DNA of 63,292 nucleotides, filler included. It is 4 parts of 4 records of this genome, joined end to end, with 100 filler letters (N's around TTAATTAATTAA, not from the genome) between each part and the next. Parts side by side here need not be neighbours in the genome. Positions count along the whole stretch, not along the records: positions 39,580 to 54,716 come from DRR378314_1248; 3 more parts are not named here. The stretch is one strand, 5' to 3'. The translations under genes and the position numbers were made by a program. This document shows positions 41,268-54,716 of the stretch, piece after piece (within the stretch, counting starts at the first letter, position 1; each line of letters begins with the position of its first letter). The notes under the pieces were generated by a model that saw only the letters and a list, made by a program, of their open reading frames with translations, was not told where the DNA came from and searched no databases.

Positions 41268-44200
41268 CTAGAAAGGTGCAGCAGAGCTGTTGCAACGCCG
41301 CGCCTCGTCGCGAAGCAGCACGTTCGAAATTTCATTCCCACTAGTTTCCATCATTAGTGCAGTATCGAAAAAAAAACTGATCTCATTGAAAGGGTTCACA
41401 AGAGACGGCAGCCGCAACCCCGCCATCTTGCGCACGGGCACGTCCCATTGGCGGGCGCTTGCCAGTGGACCGCTATGACGACGGCGCCGGCTCGTTCCGC
41501 GCCTCGCCGACCTCGATTCGCCGCCAGTATTTTTTCTCCACGTCGCGATCGAAAGAGTAAGCGCGACGCAGAAACGCCTCGTACTCATCCACAGGCACAA
41601 CACCGTGATCTTCGATTGCGTAAACAACCTGGAACAGTCACAGCGAAACGCGCGCCGCAGCTTGTCATTACTCGCGAGCGGCGAACCAACTGAGGCTAAG
41701 CAACGAGTGCACATTGCGCACAGCGACATCTGCGCTCGGCAGCACCTCCGATACATTCGTGCTGTACACTGCGCAAGCCGGACACCACACGACTGATATA
41801 CAGCCCAACGTACATCCAGATTTTGCCCCCGTGAGAACAGAAGTGGCCGATTATGAATCTGCATGCGGAAGGACGGGTTGGAGTGGCGCACACGATCCGA
41901 TCCAACGTTTGCGAAAACGTCCGCAACAAACAACAGAAAGCACAACGGTCAACCCCAGTTCGACCGGGTGGACACCCCCAACGAAATGCACAGCGGACAC
42001 CACAACCATCTAAAAATGGCGGGCATGCATGTCAATTTTTTTGTTCAAAGATGCTCTGCGAAACATTTTCCAAAGGAAAGTTTCCCCAGCCCAGCGATCT
42101 TCGGAACGCGTCCGCTCGTCGGCCGTTGCATTTGCGGCGCGTGCGCGTGCCGTGAAGATGGCGCGTCGCTCGTTACGCACGAGGCCATACTGCTGGAGGA
42201 AGGAGCGGAGAATGCGCCGCTCTCGTTCGGTCGCACCTTGACATCGTCCACCCGACAGCGGACGTTGAGAGTATACTTCCGGGCGCGCGTATCGCGATCG
42301 AGATGGAGAGGCTCACTTGGCTCCAAGTACGAAGAAGATGACGCCGACTCACTCCATCCCTTGTCCGCGGATACGGTTTCGACGTACACTTCGAGCGCTT
42401 GGAGCGCCTTGTTTGCGAATGCAGACACTCGGAGCGTTTCATTCGCGTGGTCATCAGTAATGCGATCGAAGAGCTACATTGGGCCAGAGCAAGAATCAGC
42501 GCATTCATATTGCTTCTGGTAAGGATTTTCTTTTGTTTCGCACGCGCAGAATGGCAAATGACGGCAAATTCCCAGCAGCTATGCGCACCGGTGCGCAGAG
42601 GCTGAGCTCAGTGGCAGTGTACCCTCACTCTGAAAGACACAACCGCCTCAAACTTGTAGCTCGCGAATCCTACGTCGCCGTCGAAAGCAAACGAGTATTC
42701 CTCGACAAAGATGTAGCGTGGACGACGAAGAACATTGCGATGTCGCAATATAGCGAGCCGGCACGCAGTGCGTACGTCTCTCTCCGCCTTTTGACTGCAC
42801 CCGTTGTGCTTGTCAGCAGAGAGCGGGAGGGGGGAGGAAGTCCTGAGGACTAGCATACCTTGGCAAGAAGCTTGCTATTCACTTCAAACGACTTCTCAGC
42901 AAGAGCTGTCGATCCGTACACGATGCGTTCGATATCTTGTAATGTGATGTACTCGAAACCGAACATTTGCTGTGTATTGTGGTAGCAAACGAATGCCCCG
43001 TCCATGTTGCCAATACGCAGCTGCAGCGAGTACTTCAAGAAGCATGTACGGGCCATATCGTAGAACTCGCGCTCGTACGACTCTGACCATCCACTCAAGC
43101 GCCGCAGGCTTCCGCGCGAAAAAAATAAATAAATAATAGTACGTAGCAACGCGAGAGGAGACCGAGAAAGAGAAGCAAATCATTTGAGTCCAGCAGTAGC
43201 GAAGGACAACGAGAAGCATCAAGCTCGCGGGTCTACGGCATCATGGGATGGAACGCCCGCCCGCCGTAGTGCTCGTGCAAAGGAGCCGCACAGTGTGAAT
43301 CGGACAAGGAGCCAGGCTCAAGACGTATGCGCGGTGCGACATGCATTCGCAGCCATCGTACGCGGTAATTCATCGACACATATACATCTATGTATATCTA
43401 GTACAAGCACAGCGGTCGTTTCTCGACGACGGCGTCAGTAACCCCAGAACGGCCAATCAGATATGTGCTCCGTTTGTCGTGACAACGGCAACGGTGGCGC
43501 ACTGGTTCATTCTACATCGCCTGGAAACCATGGACACCTGCGATACGTACCCGTAGTCCAGATAATCTTTGTAGTTATCACAGTCGAGACGAATGGGCGC
43601 GGTTGCGCGAGTCTTGATGTCAAATGTCTTGAAAGGGCGGCGGATGCGCGGATGGTAGCAATCCAACTGCGAGCGCAGCGCAAATGGGCCCATCTGCGCA
43701 TCGCAAGCAGCAGAGACGAGCACGCAGCAGTAATGCAGGAGGCGTTGACCATGAGTGATTCGGCTGCGCGAAGGAGCACAGGCACATGTAGCTTCTCGAT
43801 GATATGGGTTTCCATTACTTGGCAAATTCTTGGAGTACATGCAGTGGCATGCGCGTAACTTCGCTTTCCGCAAAGCGCCAAGCAGATACTCTGCGAACTT
43901 GGCATGCCTCGGACGAGTGAGAATCGCAGCACGCGATGCTCAAGCAACCCGGCGCCGCCGACGAAAGCCGCACACGCCATCCTGTCACTCTCAAGTTTAC
44001 CACAGCCCACGAGCACATGCCTGCAAGAAAAACAAACACTCTGAATACGTTTCCATACCTTGGAAAAATGGTATGGCTGCGGACGATCGCATTGCTCCGG
44101 ATTGCTCTCTTTCAAGACAGTACGACGAAACTGCGAACGGCGAGACAATGAATTCCAATCAAACAGCAAGCGCATCTCAGTCGTGCGAAAGCTACGAGCG

Positions 44201-46795
44201 GTACCAGCCCACTAAAGCGGACAGAAGAAGAAAAAAAAACCAGCATACAAGGAACCAACATGCCCGGAGTAAAAAGGCATATGCGGGTGCACTGGCCGAA
44301 GGGCACCGTGCTCGCTCTGTAGTTTCGGTGGAACAGACGCACAGGTTGCGCTCGTTGCCTCATCACGAATCGCTAGGCAACACCTTAGGTAGAGCCCAGG
44401 GGCGCAGGCGGAGCGCAATGGATTCGTGGTTTCTGTGAACATGCTGACAAGGTATTCATCACAGAAAAGGGGTAGGGAATGATAGGCTTTGCACAGCGTT
44501 CGCGCGGAGAGCGGGTGCTACAAGCAAGTGTACTTAGGGTTGCAGGCTGAGCACACAGCGTACTTCTTCTGCATCCATCGTCACCATGCGCTCCAGGCTC
44601 TTTCCGAGGTCCATCAAAATGCGATTCGTTGGACGGTACGGCGAATTGTCCGAGTCGATCGCGTACGCACCATCCAGAGGTCGCAGCATGATTGCAATGG
44701 GTTTGCAAGCCGATGGCGCCACATTGCGTGGCTACCAGAAGACAGAGTGATCACGGTATATTGCAAAAGCAGCCGCGCGGTTCAAGGATTAGAAAAAATA
44801 ATAATAATTCGAGTACTCTAGCGCAAAGAGCGTCGCATGATTCTTCCAACGCAAGCAAATGTGCCTGATCGCGTGGGTTGGTACAGTACGACCACCGTGT
44901 AGTGGGAAGAATGGGGAGCACATCCTTCTGTAGCATATGTGCCGCAAACTATCACCGCAAACTTAGCATCTCTGATGACTCTCCAAAGCCGACATTTCCC
45001 ACTCGCGAGGCAGCTTCTTGACCAGGATTGCAGCTTCCCGCTTCGTTCTCTCCTCTCCATCAGGCAAGTGTCCTTCGCAGCAGCGGCGGGAGTTTCAGCG
45101 ACGGCAGATTGTGCACACTCATAAACCGTACCTGATTCTCGAATGTTTTGGAAAGCCCTTCTAAACGTAAGTCTTTAAAATTTGATAGAAGAAGATACAA
45201 CTGCCCCATTATACCACTTATGGAGGAAGTTGAAGCCTGTTGTCGATGATGTACGCACGCAACGAACCGCAGACCAACGATGCGTCAATTCCAGGTTGGA
45301 GGACCCTTCCGCAAGGCGCATCTCCAGAAATACAAAGCACAGCGCAGTTAGGACCAAGCCACAATCACATCCTGGCAACGTAAGAATCTCATCTTAAGGC
45401 AAGCACACAATTCTACAGTATATCATTGCAAATAAAATTCACTCAATGAAATGGTCTTTCCATGCACCCACGGGGAAGAACCACGCGCCCGCGCCACTAT
45501 TCACGGTAGCAGCAGCGACCACGCCGAGGATTCAACCGTACTGAATGGTGCAGACCCGGGAGGTCATTTTTGGCTGACCTTGTACTTGCAGCTGTGCTCG
45601 GATGCCAGCTCATGAAGATTCTCATCCTTTGACGATGTTGTAAACGGCGGAAGGGCGTCGAATGCGATTTCTTCAGGTTGGTGAATACGACCGAGAAATT
45701 CATCAAAAAGATAAATGCTGCACCAAGGAACACCAGCGTCAGTCATTGTGAGCTCACGGCCGGAACACCGGCAAGAGAAACGCGTTCTACGACGGGTGCC
45801 CTGAAGCAGGGACTGCATGCACACTCATCCTCCCCCCCAACATGCAAGCGAAGCAAAAAAAAAAACTTCAGATATTCAGATACTGTAATTGAAGAAAACA
45901 GAATGCAACATCGCACGCAGGGATACCGCCGACAATAGGCCCCGTGCAAATCAGCGCCACAGCCAGCGCACATGCTACGTGCCCGGTGCTGGGCTACAAC
46001 CGCTCCTCCGCGTTCGTGCGTACAGCACGCGTTGCCAAGACCGATGGACGCGCGCACGCGGCATCCATTGTATTTGAAATCGTACGATATATCTCAAGTA
46101 TTCTGCATTGTCTCGCGCGCACCTTGGATTCCTCATATCGCGAACCGTGTGGATACCGGAGCTGGAGATTCCCTTGCCAAAGAGGACGCGCTCCAAATCG
46201 AACGAAAGCGAGGGCACCTCAACTGAGCTCATTTCCGCCGGCGTCACGTCTGCAGAGAACATGCATACCCCGCAGACATCAAGGTCAAGAGAGACATTTT
46301 CACATGTATATCTGAAAGAAAACCATGACCGGGTGCGAGAACGACGAAAACCCGGAGCTGCGCGCTGCAGTCTACTTTTGACACGCGCGTTGACAACGCG
46401 CGAGCCTTCAGCTACAGCACCTGCTTCAAGCGTTCGTGTAGTGACGGGAACCACCGAGCAGGGCACCTGCCAAAGCGAATAGAGCCGATTCAATGCAAAC
46501 CACGGTATTGTCCATCACGATTGTATCTGTCTATGATAGGGCAGTCCTCCTAGATGCGATGATGGCGGCACGAGCGGGACAAAGCTTCTGCAACGGTTGC
46601 CGAAAGAGCCCGCGTGCTCGCAGCGAAGTGCGACACGCGCGTTGCGCCGCGAAAAGCACATACTCTTCGGACGCTCTCTAGCGTTTCGCGTCGGCGTGCA
46701 GGGCCGGTTGAACCCGAAGTCCGCACATTTCGCAGTATCGACAAACGAAATAGCAGCCTTTCTTTCGGAAGCCAGGGTGTAAATACTGCTGCCAT
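41268..46795 (-). CDS. PET127: Eukaryotic multi-exon Pet127 mitochondrial 5'-3' exoribonuclease homologue
   Basis: Exonic motifs VPSLSFDLERVLF, FDALPPFTTSSKD, ILMDLGKSLERM, YHFSK|MGPFALRSQLD...FDIKTRA (43693-43551), ESYEREFYDMAR..FLKYSLQLRIGNMDGAFVCYHNT (43108-42859), LFDRIT (42473-42191); GCCATGG start at 46795; 3' end approximate. Confidence 0.85.
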
Positions 46796-46913
46796 GGCAA
46801 TGAGGAGGCCGCGGCCCAAACATCGTGTGGCGAGGGTGACAAGGCCGCCCCCCCCTTTGGCAGCTGCCACTCGTTCACTGCCAGCGCGTGCGTCTGTGGG
46901 TGCGTGCGCGCGG

Positions 46914-46940
46914 GTGTGTGTGTGTGTGTGTGCGTGCGTG
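46914..46940. repeat. (GT)n/(GCGT)n microsatellite
   Basis: GTGTGTGTGTGTGTGTGTGCGTGCGTG. Confidence 0.8.
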
Positions 46941-48225
46941 CGAGCGTCTGCGCGTGTGTGAGTACGTGCATACTACAGTGCCTTTCTGCTGGCGCGTTTG
47001 TCACTTGCAGACACGACACTCACACGCATTGCACCAAAACGTTGTTATCCACAGCTACTAAAGGAACTTTTTTCGACAAGAGGCGAAATAATAATAATCA
47101 CGCGCTGCTTTGCTTGCACGTAAAGCAGGGCAAACGACAAGCGCCGCGCCTCTGTGTCGAGTGGCAGCCAGCGAGCAGTCGTGTCTGCCAGCAGGACACG
47201 CCGCAGCTACACGCGACGCATCGGAGAATGGGCACGGAGAAACTCAAGTATGCGCCCATTTTGTGTTCTTCACCATTATGAGAGGTCCCTGGGAATCCTG
47301 CACCAGTCAAAGAGTAGCATATGATGCGCTTGGTAGAAAGAGTGGGAGCGAAACACGGACCTTCCTTCGCCCACGGCGACCGCGCAAGAGTTCGCCAGCG
47401 CAAAGGCGAGCCAGCTGGCGCAGGCGAGCTTGCAGCGAAGCGAGCCGATCGCAGAGCACTGCGCGTGCTGCGCGCGGCGCGCGCACACTGCAGCACTCGC
47501 ATGCTTGACTTTCCGCAACAAAGGAGATTCACCACGTTCGTATATCAAGAATTTTCTTCACGTGGCACGGTCAATCTTGATCCAGAGATCTCACAGCGGC
47601 GCCTTGGGCGACAACCAGGCGTACAAAGCTGCCTGACAGCTCGTGGCGTCGACAATGCTGGAGCAACTGCACCGCGCTGGCGCTTTCTCCATGTGGTGCC
47701 AGCACACGCGGGCGCGACGCCAGATTCTTCGCGTTTTAGGTTCAGATTGTAGGGTTTGAAATTGCTAATCGCGCTGTGCGAAACGTTGTTCGGTGTGCTT
47801 GGCCACTCTCGCTGCTTATCTGCGAGCACTCCACAGGATCTGCCGTCCACGCTGACTACAGCAGGACTTGTTCGATGTCCACCCTAGTGCGATGTTGGAA
47901 ATGCGTTGCGCACAGGCCTGCAGCGGCGCGTGCCCCGTACTTGTCTGTTCCTCAGCGCACGTACACGCCGTGGGAAGCGTTCTCGGCTTCCTCTGCGCAT
48001 TTGATTGTCTAGTATTTTTTTCGTTAGTAGTACGCTCTTGGCGAGAGAGGATCCAGGCTACAAAATCCTCGCTGTAAACTGCGATCCAAACGTATCTGCT
48101 TTCGTAGCCCGCATCGACGGTCGAACAGCGCTGCGCCAGCGCGGTTTGAGTTCGGCGTCGTGTGTCTGTGAGCGTTCCCCGCGGCCCTTGGACGTCCGTG
48201 TCCGCACTGTTTCGTTTGTCTCGCC

Positions 48226-51200
48226 ATGACGAAGCGCAAGGATCGCAAGGCGGAAAGATCAGGCGAGAAAGAACCAGTCTTTTACGTTGAACATATTCTT
48301 GGCAAACGCATTGTCAAGGTAAGGGACGTAGTGGGGCCGTTTCCTGCACCGCTCGCGATTGCGCAACCGGACCGGGTGCTCCTCTGCGAATAGTTTGCTC
48401 CACGGTGCGGCTTGGGACGTTTGTGACACAACACTATGCAGAGGAAATCAGGTATCCCAGTTCCCAAACCCGGGTGAGGAGATGCTTGATTTTGTACCTT
48501 TTATCGCTGACAGCGGTGGGGCGTGCGGATATTCGTCAGTGGGGCAGCGCCACGCGCGAAGGGCCGTGTCACTGCCGGATTGGAGCGCGTGTGGTTGGCG
48601 TGTCGGCCGCTCTGCTTCTCTGCCTTTCTGGCGGCCAATCCGGCGAGCGAGAGCGCGAGCGCGGCGTCCAGCTTGCGGGCGTGCTGTGGCGCTGAACGCT
48701 GTTCACGCGCTCGCAGCGCTGGCGATGGCATCCTGCGTGTGGATCTCACCATCGCTGGGTTCCTTTTTATATTATATCAGTGCTTGCTCTTAGGTTGTGC
48801 AAAAAAAGCTTTGTGTGCTCTTTAGGGCCAGGGAGCTTGCTTGCGCGCAGTGAGCAGTTTGCCCGCGAGAAAGCAGAGTGCCTCGCAGTGCGGACTCCGC
48901 TTGCGCACACAGGAGGCGGACTGCTGATGGCGTGCGCGCGCTCTCCGCTTGGGCGCCCGCGGCCCATCGTGCCGCCTGAGGCTGTGCGTGGCGAGTGTCG
49001 TATCGCCGCGGATAGTTGGGATGTTTCATAGCGTATACGCTAGTAAATTCGATGTTGACCGTTCGCATGCTGTACTCGTGAGGTCGTCGCGCGCGCTCAC
49101 CAGGCGAATGCCGTCGTTTCTGATGACTGCTATTTCGTGGTGGTCGGTTTTTGCTGTCCGTGCGCGCTTGCACACGGTATTCGTTCGTCGGACGTGCATC
49201 GCGTTTGTCATGGTTGTTCTTTCTCGGGCTCGTGTGTTGCGATGGACTCGACAATGTTTCACGCAGGGAAAAGCGGAGTATAAAATCAAGGTATGTGTGG
49301 TAGTGCTTCTCAGGGATGATGTGGATTGTTTTTTCTTTTCATTTTTTATAGGCGAGAACAGGAAGCGAAATGCGTCCTGGCGCTGTCGTGCTCGCCATAC
49401 GTTCACATAGGACGAAACGCTTTCCCCATACGAGGCAGTCCGACGCGCGGGCGCGGCGGAACTTTTTGCAGTGCATGGATTACTGCGTAGTAGCGTTCAC
49501 AGTGATGTTGATGAAGTCTTCGTTTAGGCACGTGTCCTTCTCGTATCCTTCGATTGACGGTGCGCGCTTGGCGTTTCTCTTGCGTTGCGATGGGTTGTTC
49601 GGGCGATAGGTGCGAGCGGCCGGTGTGCTGGATTCTGCGAACAAATGGTGCTTTGTACAGCTCGCCTTGCACCCGCGTGAATATGCACGCCCACCGTGCA
49701 TGCATATCCTGCCCATACATGTCCAGACTGATTGTTACTCTTATTTCTTGCTTTTTGTTCGCGGATGCGCTCCCATCTGCACACATCCCGTCTTGCCTGC
49801 AGTGGCTTGGCTATGATCTTCCAAAGTACAACACTTGGGAGCCGGCGGACCACATTCCTGCGGACATTGTTCGCGACTACGAAGAAACGAACAAAAGTGG
49901 GTTTTGCTTTGTGCGATTGTAGTTGCATTTGCCTGTTGTTCTTAGTTCTTCCCTCCGCTCAAGTGGGGTAACTTCTGCATGCCGCATGGCATGAGCTCCC
50001 GTATCTCCGGTGAGCGGACAGCCTTGCTTATTGGCCGTAATGATGCGCCGGGATTTTGCTTGCTTGTTCAGATTCTAAGAAGCAGACGCGGGAGCACAGT
50101 TCGTCAGCTACCGTCAAGTCGGAGAAAGCCGAGGTATGCGCTTTGCTTGGTATTTGTAAATATAACATAGGTTTTGGGTTAACTCCCCCTTTTTCGCCAG
50201 CCGATGGCACGATTCTTTTTTGGCAATGGTGTTTGTTGAGATTGGCTTCGGCGTGGATGGTGATCGTGCGGCTTAGCCGCTTGGACCGCCCTGACCTATC
50301 ACTGCACTGGTTGGCCCCGCTTCTCTCTGATTTCGCACACCGGGTGCCTTCTTTCTGCCATGACATGCCCGTCTGGCTGCTTTTCAGGATACGTGCTGGA
50401 ATGGCTCGCTGAAGAAGAAGGGAACGCACTACTGCCACATGCAGGGATGGAATGCGAACAAACGAGGTGTCGTTGAGCGGCTGTACGTTCCTCGCCTGGA
50501 TGCGGCCGGCGTTGTGTGGCTCTTGCGCGGCGCGACGTGACAATAGAGCCCGGCTCTGCTGCTGCGCTGCCCGCAATGTATGAGAAATGGAGTAGTAGGG
50601 ATGGGGCGGTATTTGCCAGGACTGTCGTCGCTGTCTGCCTGCTTTTCGTGTGACCTTCTCCGCTAGAGATAGGGTTAGGGCAAGTGTTAGGGCCATGAAG
50701 TTTGCGATTGTTTGTTTGCTTTTTATTTGCGGTGCGCTGCGGCAGAGCATCTGCGTACGCAGGGCTGTGCTCGACTCGGTTCGTAACAGCAGCGAAGAAT
50801 AGTATATACTGCGGTGCTCATGTATATGTTTGTGGCGCTTTTGATTTGATTTTGTTTTGTTGTTTGTCGCTGGATTCGTGCGATGGTAGCAGCAGACGTC
50901 ACACGCTGCGTACGCTCACTCGTCCAGGAGGAGTCGTTTGTTGGTGTTGGTGTTGTCGTTTCTTTTCGTTGGTTTTTCTTCTCTCGCTGGAATATGCAGA
51001 ATGTGTGCTCATGTTGCAGCGTACATTTTGTGACAGCTGTTGATGCAATTACCGGCGCATGTGTTATTGGGTGTATACAGGCCAAAGGATCTGAATATCT
51101 TCTTTCAAACGGAAACGTCGTACGTGATGGAGCATCTGTTCTCCATGGCAGACGTGTGCTACTTTAAGCCATCCAATTCGCAGGAAGATCGGAGCGGGTT

Positions 51201-51914
51201 TGAAAAGCTATGCGATTCGCTGAAGAGCTACGAGCGTGTACGTTTTTGTTTCTTGTCCACCGTAGCTTTCAGTAGGTGTGCGGCGGTTGCGTTGTAGAGC
51301 GGAAGAGGTAGAGCCATGCAGTACGCATGGAGCCGATTTCCGTGTTGTTTTCAGGACTGGAGGGCCGCAAGCTCGGGACATTCCCTTAGGCGTACGGCAA
51401 CGTCAGAAAAGCGATACAGCTGCGCTGTGCTAACCTTGACGGCGCCGAAAGCAAAAGGATGGGTCTCTCGCGTACTGTCAGAGATTGGAAACGGGAACAT
51501 ACTTCCTAGCTGCAGCAGTGAATAAGACCAAAGCTGCCCGTTTGTTTCTTGGCAGTCTTCAGTATGTCAGGATGGAACATCGCAGGCATACGCCTCTGGC
51601 GTTTCCCGATTGTTGCCCCTGAACTTGCAATGAGACTTTCTTTTTTCGTGCACTAACGGTGGTGTTTCGCTTTTGAATTTCATCTTTTTTCTCTTTTTTT
51701 TTGGGGGGGGGGTGACTGATGCGTGCAGTCTGCGCTTGTGCTGCTCGGCAGTCGTGGAGAAGCAAAGGAAGTGATGGTGCTTGTGCCGCCGGGATCGTTT
51801 GAAGCCTCGAAAGTTTCCATCCCCTCCGATGGCATGCTTGGCCTCGTGCTTCCTGCCGGCGATCGGTTTATTGTTGTTCGCCGCGTACCGAAGGACAAGT
51901 CTCACTTGAAGTAG
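48226..51914 (+). CDS. Eukaryotic 7-exon gene: N-terminal chromodomain plus C-terminal SPOC-like domain (236 aa)
   Basis: Exons 48226-48318, 49267-49290, 49803-49896, 50072-50133, 50388-50482, 51081-51237, 51729-51914; all GT-AG, phases match; chromo FYVEHILGKRIVKGKAEYKIKWLGY...NTWEP; SPOC-like WNGSLKKKG...LP...YFKP...LVPP...MLGLVL. Confidence 0.78.
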
Positions 51915-52257
51915 TTGTAGTTTGCCGGCGCGTTCGTGCGCGCGCGTGCTGTAGTGCATTGCACGCGCCGCGAGTTGCTGGACTGCAGAGTGTGCTGCGC
52001 TGGCAGCTCTGCCAAGAATATGCGTGGCGTGCTGCTCACGAAGTTGCACTTGTGTACATACATGCATGACGGGTTACTTCTGATACGCATCCTGTATTCG
52101 TAATGCTGCGATCTGTACACACGACGCGGCGGCACGGTGGGGAACCGATGGGCCTTCATGGTACGCAGAGCAAAAGCGCGCTGCTGCAACAGCAACGCGC
52201 GTGCGCTGCCGTTGCAGTTCCGGCGCGCACGCCGCGCGCCGAGAACCGCAACCATCG

Positions 52258-54716
52258 CTAATTGTACTGCAAAGGCGCCTCGATAACGTCCCAGCGCATG
52301 ACCATCTGGTCCATTCCGCCCGTAGAAATTACATAGCGGTCGTCAGCCGCCCAGCGTACGTTGGTGACATGCGACGAGTGCGCTCCGTACCGCTTGCACA
52401 GGATCGTAGGACCCTTGGTGCACGCTGGATACGTGAATAGACGCAGATCGCCAAAGTCGTCTGCGGTAACGAGGAGTTTTCTATCGTTACTCTGCATGAG
52501 AGCGTTGATGTCGTTCCCCGCAGAGTCACGCGGCCAGATGGACTGGCACGTCCATCCGAGCACGCATGTGAGGGGTTTCCACTTGATTACCGTATGCTCC
52601 TTGCGATGCGTGACAATGTGCTTCTCGAGCACGTCCCAGAAGAGCAGCTCGTACGCATTGCACGTGGACTAGAGAACAGCCAGACCGACGCGACGACAGC
52701 AGATTGCACAACATAAGATTCTTGTAGCACAGTGCAGAGAAAATGCACCCGCCTGGACTCTACCACGGATACGGTTGCCTCCTGGGAGGCAGACTGCTCG
52801 GTAGAGTGCAGGTTTGGAGCAGCGTCCGTGCCAGAAGGGCGACAGCGTGCGGTGGTTGGCAATCCCGCCGAATGTCGTCGACCTGGCGAACCAAGGAGGA
52901 GCAATACACAAACGCACGCGCGCGCACACACATTCCTGCACGCGGTGTACGACATGGGTATGGCCCAGCTAAAAATTCTTTTTTCCCTTAATCCTACCCG
53001 TCTGATGCGTCGCGAGACAGGCGCACGGACTACCGACCGCTGGTCTGCGAAAACCTGGCGGGAGCGCGGCAAAGATATGCGCTGCACGAGCTCGCATGCA
53101 CCCGCCTTTCGCACGGCACTTGGAATACATCACAGGCGCTTCCGCAAACCTTCAGTATGAGGACACGGTCTTTGCTTTGTTACCATCCACGGTAGTACAC
53201 GGTATGATATGCAATATTCGCGTATGTCGCATGTGCTACCCCATCCTGCTGCCCCTTACCTGCAAGAAGTGCGAGTCCTCGGACCAATCGAAGTGGATGA
53301 CGGAGCCAGAGTGGCCTTCGCATGTCCACCAGCGCTTGAACGTTTTGAGGTTGTAGATGTCGATGTACAAATCACGCGCCACAGCCAAGAAGCGGCCGTC
53401 TGGCGAAAACTTCAGCTCGTGTTGGGGATTCTCGCGCATTTCGTTTCGAATACGGCTAGGCTTGATCCACTTCAAGCACCTGGTCCGGTTCAGCAGGAGA
53501 GCACACAACGAAAAGCAGGCAACCGAGCGGCCACGTGCAAACCTCCCATGTGAGCGACCGTCGCACTCGAAACGCCAGTGTCGCACTACGCAATGCGAGA
53601 CGGATTCGCGAGGGAAAGAAGAATAACGCCTCGCCAGCAAAGAGTGCTGACTCTCGCGCACAGCAAGGGCGCGAAGAGGAACGCAGAGAGCGCTTCCTTC
53701 CGACTGACAAATGGCCCTCGGCGCAACTAGACAACGCACTGGTATCCCAGCCCCTTGATCCTTTCGGGTGGGGAGCGGGGAGCAGTATACGGCCATCGGC
53801 AAGAGAGGCGCGCGCCCTGCCGAACGTACTTGAACGTCTGTGTTTCGAGCAGGGCAACTTCACCCGAGCCCAGGCCGACCGCAAGGACACGCCCGTCTGG
53901 TGAATACTCGGCGCCACGGGCCTTTTCGGGAATTTTAAACGCGTGCAATGAAGTGCGCAGATCTGCGTCCCAGATTCGGACAGTGCGGTCACACGCACAC
54001 GTGGCAAACTGGGCTCCCGTTGGAGACACTGCCAGTCCCCACACTTCGTCCTTGTCTTCCATTTTCCCGTAATGTCCCTGGAGCGTAACGGCCATCCGAA
54101 GAGTGTATGCGGCAAAGCTCGCGTGCGGTTAGGTACTTGATAGTTGGCGAGCACACGCACTCCCGAACGCCTTCCCCGCCAGAGCAATCGCCCTCGCAGC
54201 TTGCGCATGACAAACGCAGGTAGCATAGGGCCGTTACCAGCCAAATACGAGGATGGAACAGCAATCCCTTGATCAAAAAAGAGCTCCAGGAAAGCCAAGT
54301 ACGCGGGGAACATTGGGAATCGATGGCAAAGCGAAGGCGCGCCGGCTACGCGCAGAACGGCACGCTATAGCAATCTCGCGCAGCCGCCGCGCGGCCAGCG
54401 CGCAGGGTGGGCAGGGCCGCACAGGAGCGCTTACACAAGCGGTTGTGCGTCCCTTTCCTTTCCTTTCCTTTCGTTTCGATAGTTTGTCGGCCCCACATGC
54501 GCTAGTCGACAGGGCTTCGTACTGCAATATGGCAAGGGCATGGAACAGCCAGCGCCCAACAAGCGGAAGATACGCGGCCAGCCACAAGCAAGAGGCAGCT
54601 GCTGGGCATACCTGCATGACAATGTCCGCGCTTTTCGTGTCGATGCGCACGCGAATGATCTCATTGGACGTGGTCGCAACATAGAGCGTGTTACCCATCT
54701 TATCGATTGTCATTGC
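52258..54716 (-). CDS. Eukaryotic EML/EMAP-like WD40 microtubule-associated protein, 3' part
   Basis: Exons ..54716-54612, 54077-53830, 53479-53260, 52668-52258; EVWGLA, GHSGSVIHFDWS, TCVLGW, DINA, LLVTADDFG, HSSHVTNVRW, STGG motifs. Confidence 0.88.

Noticed and set aside
50671-50692. Telomere-like TTAGGG motifs
   Set aside because: Only two to three imperfect copies inside an intron; compatible with chance
39580-54716. Dozens of short Cys/Arg-rich ORFs suggesting a phage or novel gene island
   Set aside because: Explained by introns and intergenic DNA of spliced eukaryotic genes
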